From Octopus sinensis (taxonomy: Eukaryota): DNA of 64,000 nucleotides. Below are positions 1 through 13,935 of this stretch, in pieces. The stretch is from positions 16,306,001 through 16,370,000 of the forward strand of contig NC_043003.1 of assembly GCF_006345805.1 (NCBI RefSeq), in the 5' to 3' direction. The notes beneath the pieces are model-generated. The model saw nothing but the letters and a program-made list of their open reading frames with translations. It made no database searches and was not told the origin of the DNA. The position numbers and the translations under genes are program-made. The number at the start of each line of letters is the position of its first letter. The first letter of the stretch is position 1.

Positions 1-232
1 ATCTGGTGATGGAATCAATTTACAACCATTATTTTGGACCACCAAGCCACTAGAAACAGCTGTTGGACACGTAAAACTCCTATTCAATTCCTTTAATTCC
101 TGATATTATTTCTATTCCGTGTAAGCTGGACCTTTTAATAATATGTAAACTTCGGTACATTTTTGTATTAAATGTATTTAATATTTTTGTAAATCGCCTT
201 GCCTAACTTGCTTATCTTTACATTCATTCCAT

Positions 233-238
233 TATCTA

Positions 239-319
<81 letters not shown>

Positions 320-340
320 CCTATCTATCTATCTATCTAT
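233..340. repeat. (CTAT)n microsatellite
   Basis: Near-perfect tetranucleotide run; similar runs at ~610-695, 2527-2632 and in every array unit. Confidence 0.95.
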
Positions 341-608
341 ATAAAAAATACAAAATGGGACAAGAACGCAAAACATCCAGACATTTAGGTGATACAAAAA
401 AGGGACAACAAAGCATCCAGATAGACGATACAAAGAAAACAAGGACGGATCATTCGGAGTTTTCTTTCCTCAGTCGAGTTTTAGATTATTTTTGCAATTT
501 CGGCTGGTTATACACGAGATTGTTCCGATCTGTCTGAATGTTTTGCTTTCTTGTCCCATTTTGTATTTTTTATATATAAAACATATAGCGGCGTACGTAC
601 ACTTTGGC

Positions 609-674
<66 letters not shown>

Positions 675-1265
675 CTATCTATCTATCTATCTATATTTAT
701 ATATAGTTGACAATTAAAGGGGCATTTTCAGACCCCCAGTAACAAAGAGCCTAAGGTTTTCTATTCTGTTCAGTCATGCCTGACATTTGTTCATTAACCT
801 GTCTGCATTTGGAATGTTCTTCAGCATGAAACCGTTCAGTAACATAAAATGGCTGTCATGAAACTAGCTTTACAATGTTCCAGCTAAGCAGTCGTCTGAA
901 AAGAGTGTATCTAATGAAAATGTGATTACAGGATGGTTAATAGTGGAGAAAGTAAAATCAAATGACTTCAACTAAAAATGAAATTGGAAACCTGACTGAG
1001 AGCTATGTGCCACCGAATTTACCCGGAGCAAAGTATACTGATTTATACGACAGGTAGCTAGTCTTGAATTTGGGGGAAATAGGCATTCCATTACAAAGAC
1101 TCTAATGCTTGACTGATACTTTATTATATGGACACCGAAAGAATGAAAAGCAAAGATGTCTTCAGGAAGATTTGAGCTCAGAAACGAAAGCATTCTAAAT
1201 AAATAATACTCAGTAGTTTTTTTTTGTAATTATATAGTTTCTAACCTCGAATAAGAATGAAAGTA

Positions 1266-1808
1266 TTGGGTTGTCCGGAAGGTTCGTGCCGATTTTTAAA
1301 GGAAAGAAAAAGGTCAATACTACTTGCCATTACATTTTTAATCGACCAAATATGAACCATTTTGTTGCACAATGTGTGTCCATCTTTCCTTTAACTAGAA
1401 AATACCTTCATGGCAAAGAATTCATCAAGGTATCTTTTTACGTTATACAAAGAATTGAAATTTTTACCATTAAGACTATTCTGCAGAGACCTGAATAAGT
1501 GGAAATCCGAAGGAGCAATATCTGGTGAATATGGAGGGTGGGGTAACACGTCCCAACCAAGCTGCAGCAATTTTTGTCGAGTTCCCAAAGCATCAAGTGC
1601 CGAAAATGAACTTTCTTATCTTCCATTTTAAAGGGTTACAAAATTAACACAGGTTATAGGAACATAAATCTTCTTCCACGAAAAGATAGTTTAAACTATG
1701 CTCTAAATGGAAGTGTAGTCAAATCCTATTTTATGGACTCAACCATGTTCTAGAATAAGTTGAAAGATAAGCTACTATAAATCGGCACGAACTTTCCGGA
1801 CAACCCAA
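1266..1808 (-). mobile_element. Internally deleted mariner (Tc1/mariner) element, 543 bp
   Basis: 30-bp TIRs TTGGGTTGTCCGGAAGGTTCGTGCCGATTT (1266-1295) and AAATCGGCACGAACTTTCCGGACAACCCAA (1779-1808), 1 mismatch; TA on both sides; transposase motifs inside. Confidence 0.92.
1391..1626 (-). pseudogene. Mariner transposase remnant: N-terminus fused out of frame to C-terminus
   Basis: MEDKKVHFRHLMLWE joined to TRQKLLQLGWDVLPHPPYSPDIAPSDFHLFRSLQNSL (YSPDL-type motif). Confidence 0.9.
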
Positions 1809-2524
1809 TATATATGACTGCTTTCAGAATTTCCTTTATTAGTCTAGTAGAAAGAAGAGAGAGTAGAAACCGCGGCGTAATGCTTGCAACAAAGTGCAAT
1901 CTGATAAGGTAGCAAATGACATTGCTATATTAAACCAGACGACATTCTGACGATAGCCGCCATTCAGCGCCTTATGTTGGTTAATAGTCTTTATTATGAA
2001 AACGTTCTGTATCTGTCCCACGCAAATATATTTATAGTTGATATGAATTTAAATATTTTGTATTTAAATCTCGAAAACGAACACAATCCAAAATGTGGGG
2101 TTCATGTCGGATGATATCGACGAAGACGGATTTTGTTTAATCCAGACAACATTTTAAAGACAATTTGGAGGTGGACGAAGAATTATATGAGGAAATTAAT
2201 AACGCTAATTAATAAATGATATGATATCCTCAATGACATTTTTCCGAACACAGACACACTGTCTGACAGAAAGAGACGGATAGGAAGATAAATAGCCTGA
2301 CGTACACACACACGCTCACACACTCACACAGACACACACGCGTTAGAAAGAGATAGAGAGGGGTGAAAGAGAGGAAGCACAGAAGGATACAGACAGAGCA
2401 CTATTGAAGCAATTACTATATTGGTGATACGTGTACGAATTTTCAACACTCTTAACTACGTGATTGAAGAAAGGAGTAATTTCAAAAACATATATAAGAG
2501 GAAACTAGCTGTATATAACTTTAC

Positions 2525-2563
<39 letters not shown>

Positions 2564-2575
2564 ATCTATCTATCT

Positions 2576-2633
<58 letters not shown>

Positions 2634-2822
2634 ATGTATATATGTATAATTTATAATATATATGTGAGCCTGTGTGTATGTATGTACATAGGCATTTATG
2701 TACATATGTAGGCGTACAATATACGCATACTTGAACATATGCGTGTATACACACACACACACACACGCACACACAACACACACATATATATATATACATT
2801 TCCATTATTTTACACACACACG

Positions 2823-2885
<63 letters not shown>

Positions 2886-3075
2886 ATGGAAATGTATTGG
2901 AGAACACTTTATTATTGAAGAAGAATACCACAGATTTAAAGATAGGCTCTTGGTAAACCAACTTTGCAGCAAACATCGATTCTCAACGGTAGCCATTTCA
3001 TTTTACTTATGTAGTCAGTATCCTTGAAAAGACACCAAAGTCATAATATTGCACACACTCTTTCTATAAAAATGC

Positions 3076-3123
<48 letters not shown>

Positions 3124-3560
3124 GTAGACTTCGAAGGACATTAAATGCCGAATTGCTGTGTTGTAGTTATTTTTATACCACTCATCCCGACCGATCAGAC
3201 CTATAATATGTATATATATATAAAATCAAAATAAGCAACAAGATATCACCTTGTTATCCTGTTGCTTATTTTAATATAATTCACCTTACTCTGAGTTGTA
3301 CGGACAATACCGGACTGACTTGGTGCTTCAACTTAAGTACCTAATTCAACGGAATCGCATATATATATATATATACACACCTATTCTTATTGGAGTAAGG
3401 CCATTTGGCAACGGACGTTTCTCGATGTCCTGAAGTTAGTGAACGTTACATTGGATAATGCATTTGCAACGTAACAGTCGACCGAATCAGGGGTAGGAAG
3501 CTTGCTGCCCAACGCACAGAGCAATGCAGGAAATCCGAAAGCCTTCTCTCTCTCTCCCCT

Positions 3561-3605
<45 letters not shown>

Positions 3606-5476
3606 ATATATATATATATTATGGTGCGATATGAACATTTGAGGTGGTTTTTAGAGTTAGGGATTTGACTGCTATTTCGGCATGGTGGTGTCTCTCAGAC
3701 AACCTTATTTTTAGTTGTAAAAAAATTATTACCTATGTATGGTATTTATTCCCATGCTGGCCACTTGATAATATCGATATTTAAATATCGATATTATCCT
3801 TATTTATAAATTTATTATATATATATATATATATATAAATACATATATAAAACCAAATACATGCGTGTAGAAAAATGATTGTTACATTAGATTCTACATC
3901 ATTTATCCATTGAACTAACAAAGGTTATAGAAAATAAATTACTGGGAAGACTGACCCATAAAGTCTCCTGGCAATTGCCTGAAGAGTGAGTAATAAGATG
4001 GGTTGGCCATTTAACAAGACGCTAATATATCTTATCTCAAATGAATACGGCGATGCATAGAGAAATCCTCGATTAAAAGTGTTGTAGGAAACTGAAAGTA
4101 ATGGAGTAGCTGAGCAACGTTAAGGAATAGAAAGTAAGAAAGATGTCGGAAAATCTAAAACTGGCTGATAATGGGAAAACCGGTGGGATACAGTTTTTTA
4201 TTGTTCTGCACCTCCAAGTTGTTTAAGCTACGAGTTCTTTAGGCTACGAGTTCTTTAGGCTAATTTGATAACGTATCAAAATATTGATTCTCGTTTTATC
4301 ACCAAATTCAATAAATGTGTGACAGTTATTGAAGCAATGAGACTGGTCTTTGATTGTTAAAGAGATGTGCCGCATCATTTACTTAAGAAGGTTCAATGTG
4401 TGGATTTAAGAGGAATTGTATACGGCTTACTTCCAAACTGTTAGATCGTAACCTGCTTTTGTGTTGTAGATGTCACGTTACATGCGTAGACAGTGCACTA
4501 AATATTATTTTCCAAACGTTTCATACTTGCGGATGAAGCAATCATCAAATTGGTTTATCTCACGCAAACACTGATGAGGGAGGGGCAAGTATTTTAGAAA
4601 AGAAAAAAAAAGAGAAAAAAAAAAGTAAGAAAGAAAAAAGAAATAAGGTGACAGAGAAAGAAAGAAATGTAGAAAGAAAGAAGAAATATATCGTTTAAGG
4701 AACATGCCATGTTCTTCGATTCCCCAGTGAAAGGGCATAGATAACGTGGTGTTTTGCATCTCATATTTTATAGTATCTCGACCTATTTCATAAATCATCT
4801 TTAATAATACTGTTATGACGATCCCCAAGTGTCACCCATATACTCCACGTATACCAATACAATACAATTGAATACGATAAACACATTGATAATGATAAAT
4901 ACTTTAATGACCCTGAATGGCAGATTCTCGAATTTCTCTTTGGTTTGTAACTGAAACCTTGCACTTTTACAACAAATACGTTTTTTCTTTTTTAAACAAA
5001 AAATACTGTTGAAGTATATTAAGTCGTGTTAGATACTCTATTAGATTGATCTTGTATAATTATCGCTAATTAGAAAGTTGTGATTAGCCGTGTAGGGTTG
5101 CAGGCAGTGAGAAAATTATATTTGTGGTTTGTATGCTGTTATTGAAAACCCCAGGGCCTTAACTGGAGTCAAATAGCTCACTCTTACATTCGAAATTGGA
5201 TGAAGGCGAATGCTCGAGGGCCAATCCAAAAGGAACCACATTGATCCGAAAGTTGGAAGTGATTTTCATTCATATTAGATGTGTGAGAGTGTGTGTATCT
5301 GTGTTTTATTACATAGGCGCACACGTGGCTGTGTGATAAGAAGCTTGCTTCCTAGCTACATGGCTTCGGGTTCAGTCCCACAGCGGGGCACTTTAGGCAA
5401 ATGTCTTCTACTATAGCTTCGGGCCGACCAAAGTCATGTGAGTGAATATGGTAGACGGAAACTGGGAGGAGACCGT

Positions 5477-5523
<47 letters not shown>

Positions 5524-5849
5524 ACACAAACGCGCGCGCGCATATTTTAAGTGATTGATACTGCAGACGGAGTGCAACTGGAAGCTAAAGAAAGCTTTTA
5601 GTTACGCTCAGTCTTCCGTATTAGTCATTCAAAATATACTCAGAGTGCACCTAGGAATTCCTGATGCTGATTCAGTGAAGAAAGCGCAGAAACGTGGATG
5701 ATACCCGATCACCATAAGTGGTGAACGTGTTCTGCAGGAACACTACTTGGAACTTACCCGAAACAAGGTTTGGATACCGCATTTTAATGTCTCCTTCCTA
5801 AACCTTAATTTTTCATTTTAAATTTAACTATATATATGTATATATATAT

Positions 5850-5938
<89 letters not shown>

Positions 5939-5945
5939 ATATATA

Positions 5946-6313
5946 GGCGTGGCTGTGTGGTAAGAAGCTTGCTTACCAACCACATGGTTCCGGGTTCAGT
6001 CCCACTGCGTGGCACCTTTGGCAAGTGTCTTCTACTATAGCCTCAGGCCTACCAAAGCCTTGTGAGTGGATGTGTTAGATGGAAACTGAAAGCCCATCGT
6101 ATATATATATATATATACGTGTGTGTGTGTGTATGTGTATTTATGTGTCTATTTGTCCCCCACCATCGCTTGACAACCGATGTTGGTGTGTTTGCGTCTC
6201 CGTAACAAAGCAGTTCGGCAAAAGTCACCAATAGAGTAAGTACCGGGCTTCAATAAAAACTAGTGGGGTCGATTCATTCAACTAAAAATTCTTGAAGGTG
6301 GTGTTCCAGCATG
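5946..6313 (+). mobile_element. tRNA-derived SINE, family A (tRNA head, CORE-like segment, central (TA)/(TG) tract, CR1-type tail)
   Basis: A/B-box head GGCTGTGTGGTAAG...GGTTCAGTCCC; matches many other copies in the window. Confidence 0.85.
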
Positions 6314-6610
6314 TTCTAATGTAATCGACCAATCTCTTCCTTCTCAAATATCTGGCCTTACGTCAAGATTTGGAACGGCTCATATCGATTTTATTACTTC
6401 TTCCGTCACGTTTAAATTCTGATTTCACATCTCACTAAAGTCAAACTCGCTTTGCACCATTCCGGGGTCGTTAAAATAAAGTGCCAGTCAAGCACTGGAA
6501 TCGATTAAATCGACTAGGTCCCTTCCCGACCCCTATACAACAATCATTCCTCAGTCCCAAATTCTTACTCCTTATACCTATGGCAGGGAACATTCTGTAC
6601 AGCAACAACA

Positions 6611-6985
6611 GGAGGTGCAATGGCCCAGTTGTTAGGGCAGCAGACTCGCGGTCGGAGGATCGCGGTTTCGATTCCCAGAACGGGCGTTGTGTGTGTTTAT
6701 TGAGCGAAAACACCCAAAGCTCCTCGAGGCTCCGGCCGGGGGTGGTGGCGACCCCTGTTGTACTCTTTCACCCCTACTTTCTCTCACTCTTTCTTCCTGT
6801 TTCTTGTCCCCGACTTCCTACGCAACCGCTGAGCCTGGATGCGCATTCATCCATCCGTCGATGCTCTTAGTGTCGGGGGTTGACTTGCTTTCTCTCCTGC
6901 GGGTCTTACGAATAGCAAAGGACCACGTTTCGGACTTCTCCCATTCTGGGACGAAGACCGCTTCGCTCAACAAAACAAAAACAAA
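6611..6985 (+). mobile_element. tRNA-derived SINE, family C
   Basis: tRNA-like head TGGCCCAGTTGTTAG...GGTTTCGATTCCC; 12-bp TSD ACAGCAACAACA at 6599-6610 and 6986-6997. Confidence 0.85.
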
Positions 6986-7089
6986 ACAGCAACAACAATA
7001 TACTGTAATATATTTTATCTATCATCATACAAACCTCGGCCGATCAAAGTAGATTTCGAAGTCCCCGTGTTCAGTTTAGTCATATCATA

Positions 7090-7134
<45 letters not shown>

Positions 7135-7344
7135 GGGGGGAGGCTGTATGGAGCTTCTAATTAATGACACTGACAAACATGCTGGTCATTATCAGATTCT
7201 TTATTTGTCAGGTCAACACAATATGTCTGAGTTAATTTGTTAGTCACGTTGGTATTTTTTTAAAGAGGAAATGACTTACTGTAAGTACTTTAAACTTAGG
7301 GCATTCATAATGATGGTACCTTTAAAACGAATCAAAGAGGATGA

Positions 7345-7387
<43 letters not shown>

Positions 7388-7410
7388 TGTATGTATATAC
7401 GCACACATAG

Positions 7411-7443
<33 letters not shown>

Positions 7444-7706
7444 TAATATATATATATATATTATATATATATATATATATATACACACACATACATACAT
7501 ATAAATATATGCATACATACATATATACAGAGAGAGAGAGAAGGAGCGAGAGAGCGCGGGGGGGAGCACTTAATAGCTTTCAGGCACTTGTCTTAAATAC
7601 TTGTCTAATTCCTTACAAGTTACTGACCAAAAGTTGAAAGACAAGACAAGAGGAAGTTCCTTCAATTTTTTATTATTCTGGCAGAAATTCATAATAGTTC
7701 ATTTCG

Positions 7707-7917
7707 GCGAGCTGGTGGAATAGTTATTGCGTCGAACAAAGTACTTAGCAGTACTTCTACCAGTTTTACTATACGAGTTCGAATACCGGCAAAGTCTACA
7801 TTGCTTTTCACATTTCGGGGTCGATAAAAATGAATACCAGCCGAGCACCGGGATCGATGTAATTGACTTATCCCCTTCCCTCAAAATTGCTGGTCTTGTA
7901 CCAAAATTTGAAACCAT
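7707..7917 (+). mobile_element. tRNA-derived SINE, family B (Meta-domain-like), diverged
   Basis: GGCGAGCTGG head and TTTCGGGGTCGATAAA...TACCAG core shared with many copies. Confidence 0.7.
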
Positions 7918-8149
7918 TGTTAACAGGTCCTTCATATTGGGCATTCGTTCATATATAATTTAGTCCCTGTTGGTTTAATCTATATGAAGATGAGCTTACG
8001 CAATATAAAGTATGCTTTGAAGCGAATTCACATATATTGATATACGATGAGAACACGAAAGAAAATACAGTTCAATATTTAAGAAACCAATTCACCTGGT
8101 TGTTGTTCATACACCTGTCTTCATCTTTTGCTTTTCTATAAATTTCAAC

Positions 8150-8215
<66 letters not shown>

Positions 8216-8538
8216 GAGAAATTTGGTGTGTGAAAGCACGTGGTGGATATATAGAAAATAGAAAAGAGTGAAAAAACTACACTGCATAACGAAGACATGA
8301 CACGATGTAGGTAAAGACATTTGAGAAATTTGAAAAGTTAACACGAAACCGGTAATTTCTCCAAAAACTATGTTACTATATGCAAAATTTTCTAACATTT
8401 TTCTTACATAACTACTTAAATATATTCTTTAACCTTATAAAACAAGCCTTCTGTAGATTTTTCACTCTTTTCTATTTTCTCTCTATATATATCTATATAT
8501 ATCTATATCTATATCTATCTATCTATCTCTGTTCTATT

Positions 8539-8573
<35 letters not shown>

Positions 8574-8595
8574 TAATATCTATCTATCTATCTAT

Positions 8596-8635
<40 letters not shown>

Positions 8636-9470
8636 ATATATATATATATATATGTACACACATATATATATGTATATTTGTATACGTATATATATGTATA
8701 TATATGTGTGTGCGTGTGAGTGTGTGTGTGCGTGTATACACTCACACACAAATGTATATATTTCTATTTGACTCTCAAAGTGGTTTGGCTAAAGCAGGAT
8801 TGGGCATGGCTGTTTTGATAGATGTGAAATTCTCCAAATCAGGATTCCTGGCAAGACAACATTAGTCTGGTCAGTTCTTCTATTATATATGATTTATTAC
8901 ATAGATACGTTAACGTTCTAGAAGACGCATATATCACGCTAAAGCTTTTTCCATTGAACAGTGGACACACATTAACACTTTACCAGAATCAAATATTATC
9001 ACTAGCTAGTGAAACCCACTGAAAATGAATAAATCATTCTGTACATTTTAAAACTTTCTTTACTAGTTTCAGCATTTGTTTTGGGGATCATACAAGATCA
9101 TCCCGTTCAGAGATTTAGTTGATTAAAAAGAATCCAGTAATTATATGGAGATGTGGCACGGAATTTTGCCAGAGAACAGGTTACGGTTTCAAAGCGACCA
9201 AAATATTTTCACAAAGTAAATTTAAATGTTGAAGTGAATCTAACGGTTTTTGTGTGTTTCTTAAATGGCTTATAAACACCTTTCACGCTGCAGTTGTTTT
9301 TGTTTCAGCACACGATCTCAGATCAAGTCACTTGCTATGCAAGTACATCTCAGTGATTATATGGTTTTTATTTTATAAAATCCATAGTAAATGTAAGAGA
9401 ATGTAGGCCTGTGCAAGATTTGAACTTAGAACTTAAAATTAATAGGAAAAAAATAATAAAATAAAACTTT

Positions 9471-9545
9471 AAATGGCGGTGCCCCAGCATGGCCACAGCT
9501 CGTGAGCTGAAACTAGATAAAATAAAATAAATAAATAAATGAAAT
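9471..9545 (+). mobile_element. Extreme 3-prime fragment of the CR1-group LINE family at 15078-16820
   Basis: AAATGGCGGTGCCCCAGCATGGCCACAGCTC..GAGCTGAAACTAGA plus A-rich tail; nearly identical to that LINE 3-prime UTR. Confidence 0.75.
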
Positions 9546-10176
9546 AAGTGGAAATTTTACCGGTGAGTGTGTTACATTATAAGGCACAAAAAGAAAATGA
9601 CTCTCCCCAGACACAACAGAAAATGCTTGAACACACGAACTCACATAAAGAATCTTGCAAACCAAATCCCCAAACGAAACTAAAATGAATCAATTACCAC
9701 AAAATGTTTTTGTCAGATACTCTACTGATTATATCAACTAGCGATTCTATAATAGTAGTTGTTTTGCATCTTAGCTTCATCCGTTATATTCAGTCCAATG
9801 AAAACTTCTTCCCTTCCCGCTATTTATATATATGAAAAGCTGGTGAGAAGAAGGGAGACGATGCCCATAACCCTGTAAAGAGCTATGGGCACTATCATCC
9901 ACGCTTCCTAAAAGATTCTAAAAATTTCTGGGAATTAAAGAGGTGGAAAATTCGGATTACATTAAATTTTTATACCAGCGATAGATATAAACGTCTGCAA
10001 GAAAATACTATTATCGGTGCTTTCGATTAAAAACACTTGTGTGGTATGCGTTCCATCGAAATAGATACTCTCATGTCACTCTAACAGTCGGAAACACAGT
10101 AAACCAGTATTGGTATAAGCACAGCCTGTTAGAAACATGTAAGCAACGGCGCTGTTATTCATCAGATGCTGTATAA

Positions 10177-10652
10177 TCTTTATATATAAAAGTAAGGTTG
10201 TGTGTCTGTCTACTCCGATTTAGATTCCGAACTACTCCCACATTTTGCGGGTATCTTATAGTCGTGATTCATATCGAGCCCTTCTGAGTATTAGCGCGCG
10301 TCTACGATAAGTCTACGATTTTAAAAATAATTTACCATCATTTTTTTCTATTTTAATGCATATTTTTTTAAATATAAGGGAAGCAACTCTCTAAAAATGT
10401 CTACGATGAGTCAACGATTAAAAAAAAATTACCATCATTTTTTTCCATTTTAATGCATTTTTTTCGCTATTATATAAGGGAAGTAACTCTCTAAAAATGT
10501 CTACGATGAGCCAACGATTTAAAAAAAAATTTACCATAATTTTTTTTCCATTTTTAATGCATTTTTTTGCTATTTTTTGGCTATAACTCTCTAAAAATGC
10601 TTATATAGTTATTTCCCTTACAAACCCGAGCAACGCCGAGCGATACTGCTAG
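10177..10652 (+). mobile_element. Non-autonomous Helitron, 476 bp
   Basis: 5-prime TC, 3-prime GC-rich hairpin (CCCGAGCAACGCCG) then CTAG; inserted between A and T; internal ~105-bp tandem repeats. Confidence 0.8.
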
Positions 10653-10862
10653 TATAGTATAGAAATTAACTGTGCATTTACGCTGATGAAAGATATTACA
10701 TGAGAGCATCGTTTAGTTATCCTGAGGAGCAAGTACAGGAGTACAGAATACGCTCAATACTTTTCGTGCAAAATGTTTATGTAGAAAATCCAATTCAATC
10801 ACGATGATCCCGTCTGTCAAATAGTAAAAAATACCTGACAGTACACACATGTTGAAACCCTA

Positions 10863-11116
10863 CGACAGGTGCTGAAAAGTTCCTGGGTAAAACGGGTTAA
10901 AGAAAATACAGGAGGATCACTTAATTATGATTTTATTCAACAGGCGCAGGAGTGGATGTGTGGTAAGTAGCTTGCTAACCAACCACATGGTTGCGGGTTC
11001 AGTCCCACTGCGTGGCATCTTGGGCAAGTGTCTTCTGCTATAGCCCCGGGCCGACCAATGTCTTGTGAGTGGATTTGGTAGACGGAAACTGAAAGAAGCC
11101 TGTCGTATATATGTAC

Positions 11117-11147
<31 letters not shown>

Positions 11148-11515
11148 AGTGTGTTTGTGTGTCTGTGTGTCTGTGTTTGTCCCCCTAGCATTGCTTGACA
11201 ACCGATGCTGGTGTGTCTACGTCCCCGCCACTTAGCGGTTCGGCAAAAGAGACCGATAGAATAAGTACTGGGCTTACAAAGAATAAGTTCCGGGGTCGAT
11301 TTGATCGACTAAAGGCGGTGCTCCAGCATGGCCGCAGTCAAATGACTGAAACAAGTAAAAGAGTAAAAGAGTAAGAGTATATTTCTCTCTCTGATTTACA
11401 CACTTATTGCTGAGGTCCTTCAGTTTTTCTAAGCCCTGTAAAGAACTAAGAATGCTGGCCTCCAGCCAGAGGCCTTTTGCGATACCCTTAAAGCCAGGAA
11501 CTTTTCAGCACACCT

Positions 11516-11517
<2 letters not shown>
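10863..11517. mobile_element. Mariner-type MITE interrupted by a SINE
   Basis: TIRs GGTGCTGAAAAGTTCCTGG / CCAGGAACTTTTCAGCAC, TA flanks; uninterrupted sister copy at 11766-11978. Confidence 0.75.
10943..11377 (+). mobile_element. Full-length family A SINE nested in the mariner MITE
   Basis: GGCGCAGGAG head through (GTAAAAGA)n tail. Confidence 0.88.
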
Positions 11518-11564
<47 letters not shown>

Positions 11565-11581
11565 ATATATATATATATACA

Positions 11582-11612
<31 letters not shown>

Positions 11613-11684
11613 TTACTTATATATATATATACATATACATATTCATATATATATTACATATACATATATACATATACATATCTA

Positions 11685-11739
<55 letters not shown>

Positions 11740-11765
11740 ATATATATATGTATGTATAGTACATA

Positions 11766-11978
11766 CATGAAGGGGTGCTGGAATTTCCTACCTTTGGATA
11801 AAAGAAAATCCAGGAGGATCAGTTAATTATGATTTTATTCAAAATATTCCCCTCTCTGATTCACACACTTCAGCGGTCCTTCTGTTTTTGAAAGTTCTGT
11901 AAAAGAACTCAGAATATTGGGCCTCCAACCAAGCCTTTTGTGATACCCTTAAAGCTAGGAACATTTCAGCACCGCTCG
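11766..11978. mobile_element. Mariner-type MITE, uninterrupted copy
   Basis: Aligns by eye to both halves of 10863-11517; degenerate TIRs. Confidence 0.7.
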
Positions 11979-12410
11979 TTTGTCAGACCCAAATCAACTA
12001 GATCGATGATTAAAGGCATTCAATGACTGAATATCTTAGTGAACATTTAGGATTATATTATCCAGTGTGTCCTTCCTTTTTTAAAGATGGTAGGGTGATA
12101 TTTCTAGCACGTCAAACGATCGCCTAGAACAGGAATTCTCAACATGGGTTGTAAGATGGCATTTCACGAAATGCAACAAAATGGGGAAGTGCTCGTCTAT
12201 ACTTAATCAAAATTGCATTTTAAAATACAATTCTGAAATAAGCTTTCAAATAAATTTTTCTATTAAGCACATAAAAAATTATGATTCCACGTAGATTCAT
12301 GTTTTTCGTTTTATTAAAAAATAAACTGACTTTTTCATCTTCAAATTTAATATTATTTTTATAAGAGGTGTATAAAAAATTAAATTATTCAAACTTTTCC
12401 TCGGGAGGAG

Positions 12411-12474
<64 letters not shown>

Positions 12475-13891
12475 TTTAGAGATCTTGAGAGATCTAGAGA
12501 GAGAGAGATCTAGAGAGAGAGAGAGAGAGGCAGAGTCGGTGTATAGCAAAGATTGGGAATCACTAACCTAGAGGTCCCACCGCCGTTCAAGAATTTGGAC
12601 TTGGAGGTCTCCATTTCCAGCGACTTCGAGGACCACCCCCCAGTGGTGTCGGGCGTCAACGAAGAGCCCTCGACTACAAGACGACCAAAGTTTTTTTTCT
12701 TTTTTTTTCCAAGGTCTGGGGTCTCCCGCCCCTAAGCCCTAGACCATCACCTAATCACCCTTACCCGTTTTGTTGCTTAACAACAACAGAGACCCACCAG
12801 TGTTGTTTTGGAGTATGGGTAACAATTTGGGAATATCTGTAAAAATAAACGAGGCACTGCACATTTCTGGAAACACGATACACTACTTAGATATCTATTA
12901 AGTTTCGAAATGATTAACAAGCTTTAAAGTAATACAATGACAACACTGGAAACATCCTTGATACATTTACTCTGCCTTGGTTACATCTCAGTGATGGAAT
13001 AGTGAGAGTTCCAACGTGACATTTGAGGGGTTTGGGGCATTTATGAGTCTGGTACAGTCCATTACATTCCAAGTCTAACTACATCGGATTTCTTCCAGAA
13101 AAATTGTTAGAGTGATATTAAAATAAGGAATCTGCCTTTAGTACAGGCACTTTACCCGATGACACTCATTGGCGCTACATCAAAGAGGCCAAGGAACAGA
13201 AGAAAGAAGAAGAAAGAAGACACGCACCCAACACCGGAGCTGAAGACACTTCCAAAGGGAGGTGAGCACCACGTCAAAACGTTAGAGGAGTATGGGCCGA
13301 AACCGAACGTGGTTCCTCCTGATGATGTCTTGAGCTAACTGGATCCTATAAAGGAGCTGTTGTGGTAGCAGAGCACGAAACACGGTTGAAATTCCTCCGG
13401 TCCCCAAAATGCATAAGAATTGAAGACGGCTTCATTGAGATTTGAGCTTACAGAAAAGAGAGAGAGCCGGAACGTTTGCCACAAAGCAATACAACCGAAA
13501 CGATAACTATTCTGTCAATTAGCTGGATGTGATTTACAGTCTAGTAACTACATCAATAGAACTAGCAATGCATCTTGGGAATATGTTAAATAGGGAAAGT
13601 GGCATTGAACACTTGATGGAAGCCAAAATATATTTTAAACAACATTACTGCGAAATATAATATTCTGTTCAGTACTGTCTACCATACGCCTGTTATTTTT
13701 TTACTGTCTTTTACTTGTTTCATTCATTGGACTGTGGCCATACTGGGGCACAACCCTGAAGGGTTTAGTCAAACAAATCGGCCCAGGACTTATATTTTTT
13801 AAGGTTGTACTTACTCTATCGTTCCCTTTTGCAGAACCACTAAATTATAAGAAAATAAACAAAGCAATACTAGTGGGTGGCACACATACAT

Positions 13892-13935
<44 letters not shown>

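Noticed and set aside
12553-12735. GC-rich ORF or candidate minus-strand exon next to an (AG)n tract
   Set aside because: No recognisable motif in any frame and no supporting neighbouring exons
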